From contig CALBUD010000004.1 of the NCBI GenBank assembly GCA_937968065.1, forward strand, positions 1-5,308: a stretch of 5,308 nt of DNA. The letters run 5' to 3'. Source of the stretch: Candidatus Iainarchaeum sp. (GTDB taxonomy: Archaea > Iainarchaeota > Iainarchaeia > Iainarchaeales > CSSED10-239). Shown here piece by piece: positions 4,745-5,308 of this stretch (its first letter is position 1; every line of letters starts with the position of its first letter). Under the pieces are notes generated by a model. That model saw nothing but the letters and a program-made list of their open reading frames with translations, did no database searches and was not told where the DNA came from. Made by a program: the position numbers and the translations under genes.

Positions 4745-5002
4745 TCAATCCTCCTTATTTTTATTCAGTCTAATATATGTAACATAACCCTTTTGGTCCA
4801 TACAAATACAACCTTCATAATTATTACTTTTAATAAATTGATAACCATTTTTTATACATTCAATTTCACATTCAAGTTCATAATCGGGTTCACTTTGCAG
4901 TTCAGATAAATATGTTATAAAACCAAAAAAACTTAAAAGAACTCCCACCAGTATTAAACAAATTACCAAGTGCATGGTAAAATCACCTTTTTTATGTTTC
5001 AT
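4745..5002 (-). CDS. 85-aa single-pass membrane protein with a C-terminal C-x3-C-x15-C-x-C domain, paralogue of 4427..4741
   Basis: Track ORF with ATG at 5002 and SD AAAGGTGA. It has a basic N-terminus (MKHKKGD), then a helix (HLVICLILVGVLLSFFGFITYL), then ECEIECIKNGYQFIK...YEGCIC...TYIRLN. Confidence 0.85.
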   Translation of the reverse strand: MKHKKGDFTMHLVICLILVGVLLSFFGFITYLSELQSEPDYELECEIECIKNGYQFIKSNNYEGCICMDQKGYVTYIRLNKNKED

Positions 5003-5016
5003 TTCTAATCACCTTT

Positions 5017-5253
5017 TTATTTTTTATAAAATTTTCCATTATGAACCCATTCGTGGATTTCATTATGTTCTTCATCAGATAACATTTTTATATCACTTTC
5101 TTCAACATAATGAAATTCTAAACTAACATACCTTATATTAGTATCTTCATTTTCAATTACTGTTAAATTTATAGGTTTATTATTAATAACAATTTCTACA
5201 TTATAATACTTAGTTGTAGAAAATACTTCTTTATCAATTAATCTAATTACCAT
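5017..5253 (-). CDS. 78-aa acidic hypothetical protein
   Basis: Track ORF with ATG at 5253 and SD GAGGAGGTGA (GAGGAGGTGAAAAAGAATG). Confidence 0.8.
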   Translation of the reverse strand: MVIRLIDKEVFSTTKYYNVEIVINNKPINLTVIENEDTNIRYVSLEFHYVEESDIKMLSDEEHNEIHEWVHNGKFYKK

Positions 5254-5308
5254 TCTTTTTCACCTCCTCAAATTCAATACTTTTTTTAACAGGTCCTAAA
5301 GGTTCACC
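5243..5308 (-). CDS. 3' end of an upstream gene running off the right edge (partial, last 21 codons)
   Basis: This is the only minus-strand frame open at the window edge. It reads ...GEPLGPVKKSIEFEEVKKNGN, with TAG at 5243-5245, and overlaps the next start by 11 nt. The other two minus frames hit stops within 12 nt of the edge. There is too little sequence to judge coding quality. Confidence 0.4.
   Translation of the reverse strand, partial: GEPLGPVKKSIEFEEVKKNGN

Noticed and set aside
1-5308. Alternative genetic code (TGA = Trp), given the extreme AT content
   Set aside because: TGA repeatedly terminates ORFs exactly where the next SD and ATG follow (for example at 1118, 2117, 3034, 3831, 4100, 4427 and 4745), and Trp is encoded by TGG throughout. 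The standard bacterial code 11 fits.
1-5308. Promoter (-10/-35) and tRNA/ncRNA calls
   Set aside because: TATAAT-like and TTGACA-like strings occur everywhere by chance at this AT content, and no non-coding gap exceeds 26 nt. Any call would be unsupported.

Overview
Very AT-rich window (by eye well under 30% G+C). It is essentially one uninterrupted minus-strand polycistronic array of 18 complete ORFs plus one partial ORF, mostly small (37-240 aa). Each has a Firmicute-type Shine-Dalgarno site (GGAGG / GAGGTG, about 4-10 nt spacer). Stop/start junctions range from an 11-nt overlap to a 26-nt gap, leaving no room for independent promoters, terminators or RNA genes. This looks like an early or accessory gene block of a phage or prophage from a low-GC Gram-positive host. 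That is inference only: no structural, replication, lysis, integrase or transposase hallmark is present. I could run no homology search and cannot assign a named family or gene symbol to any product. Recognisable features are an HTH DNA-binding protein with a ParB-type HTH pattern, several CxxC zinc-ribbon proteins, a small 3-TM membrane protein, and a tandem pair of paralogous single-pass membrane proteins with a 4-Cys C-terminal domain. There are also two strongly acidic proteins. Seven complete ORFs and one partial ORF below the track's length cutoff were recovered by hand translation. The most striking signal is a ~320-bp direct repeat (56-376 and 3515-3835, constant offset 3459, with 262 bp perfectly identical). 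It duplicates a whole 51-aa gene plus the first 44 codons of the next gene, and it brackets an eight-gene block. In both copies the repeat lies just downstream of a different mini zinc-ribbon ORF whose stop codon sits at the homologous position. No CRISPR array, tRNA, rRNA or mobile-element gene is detectable.
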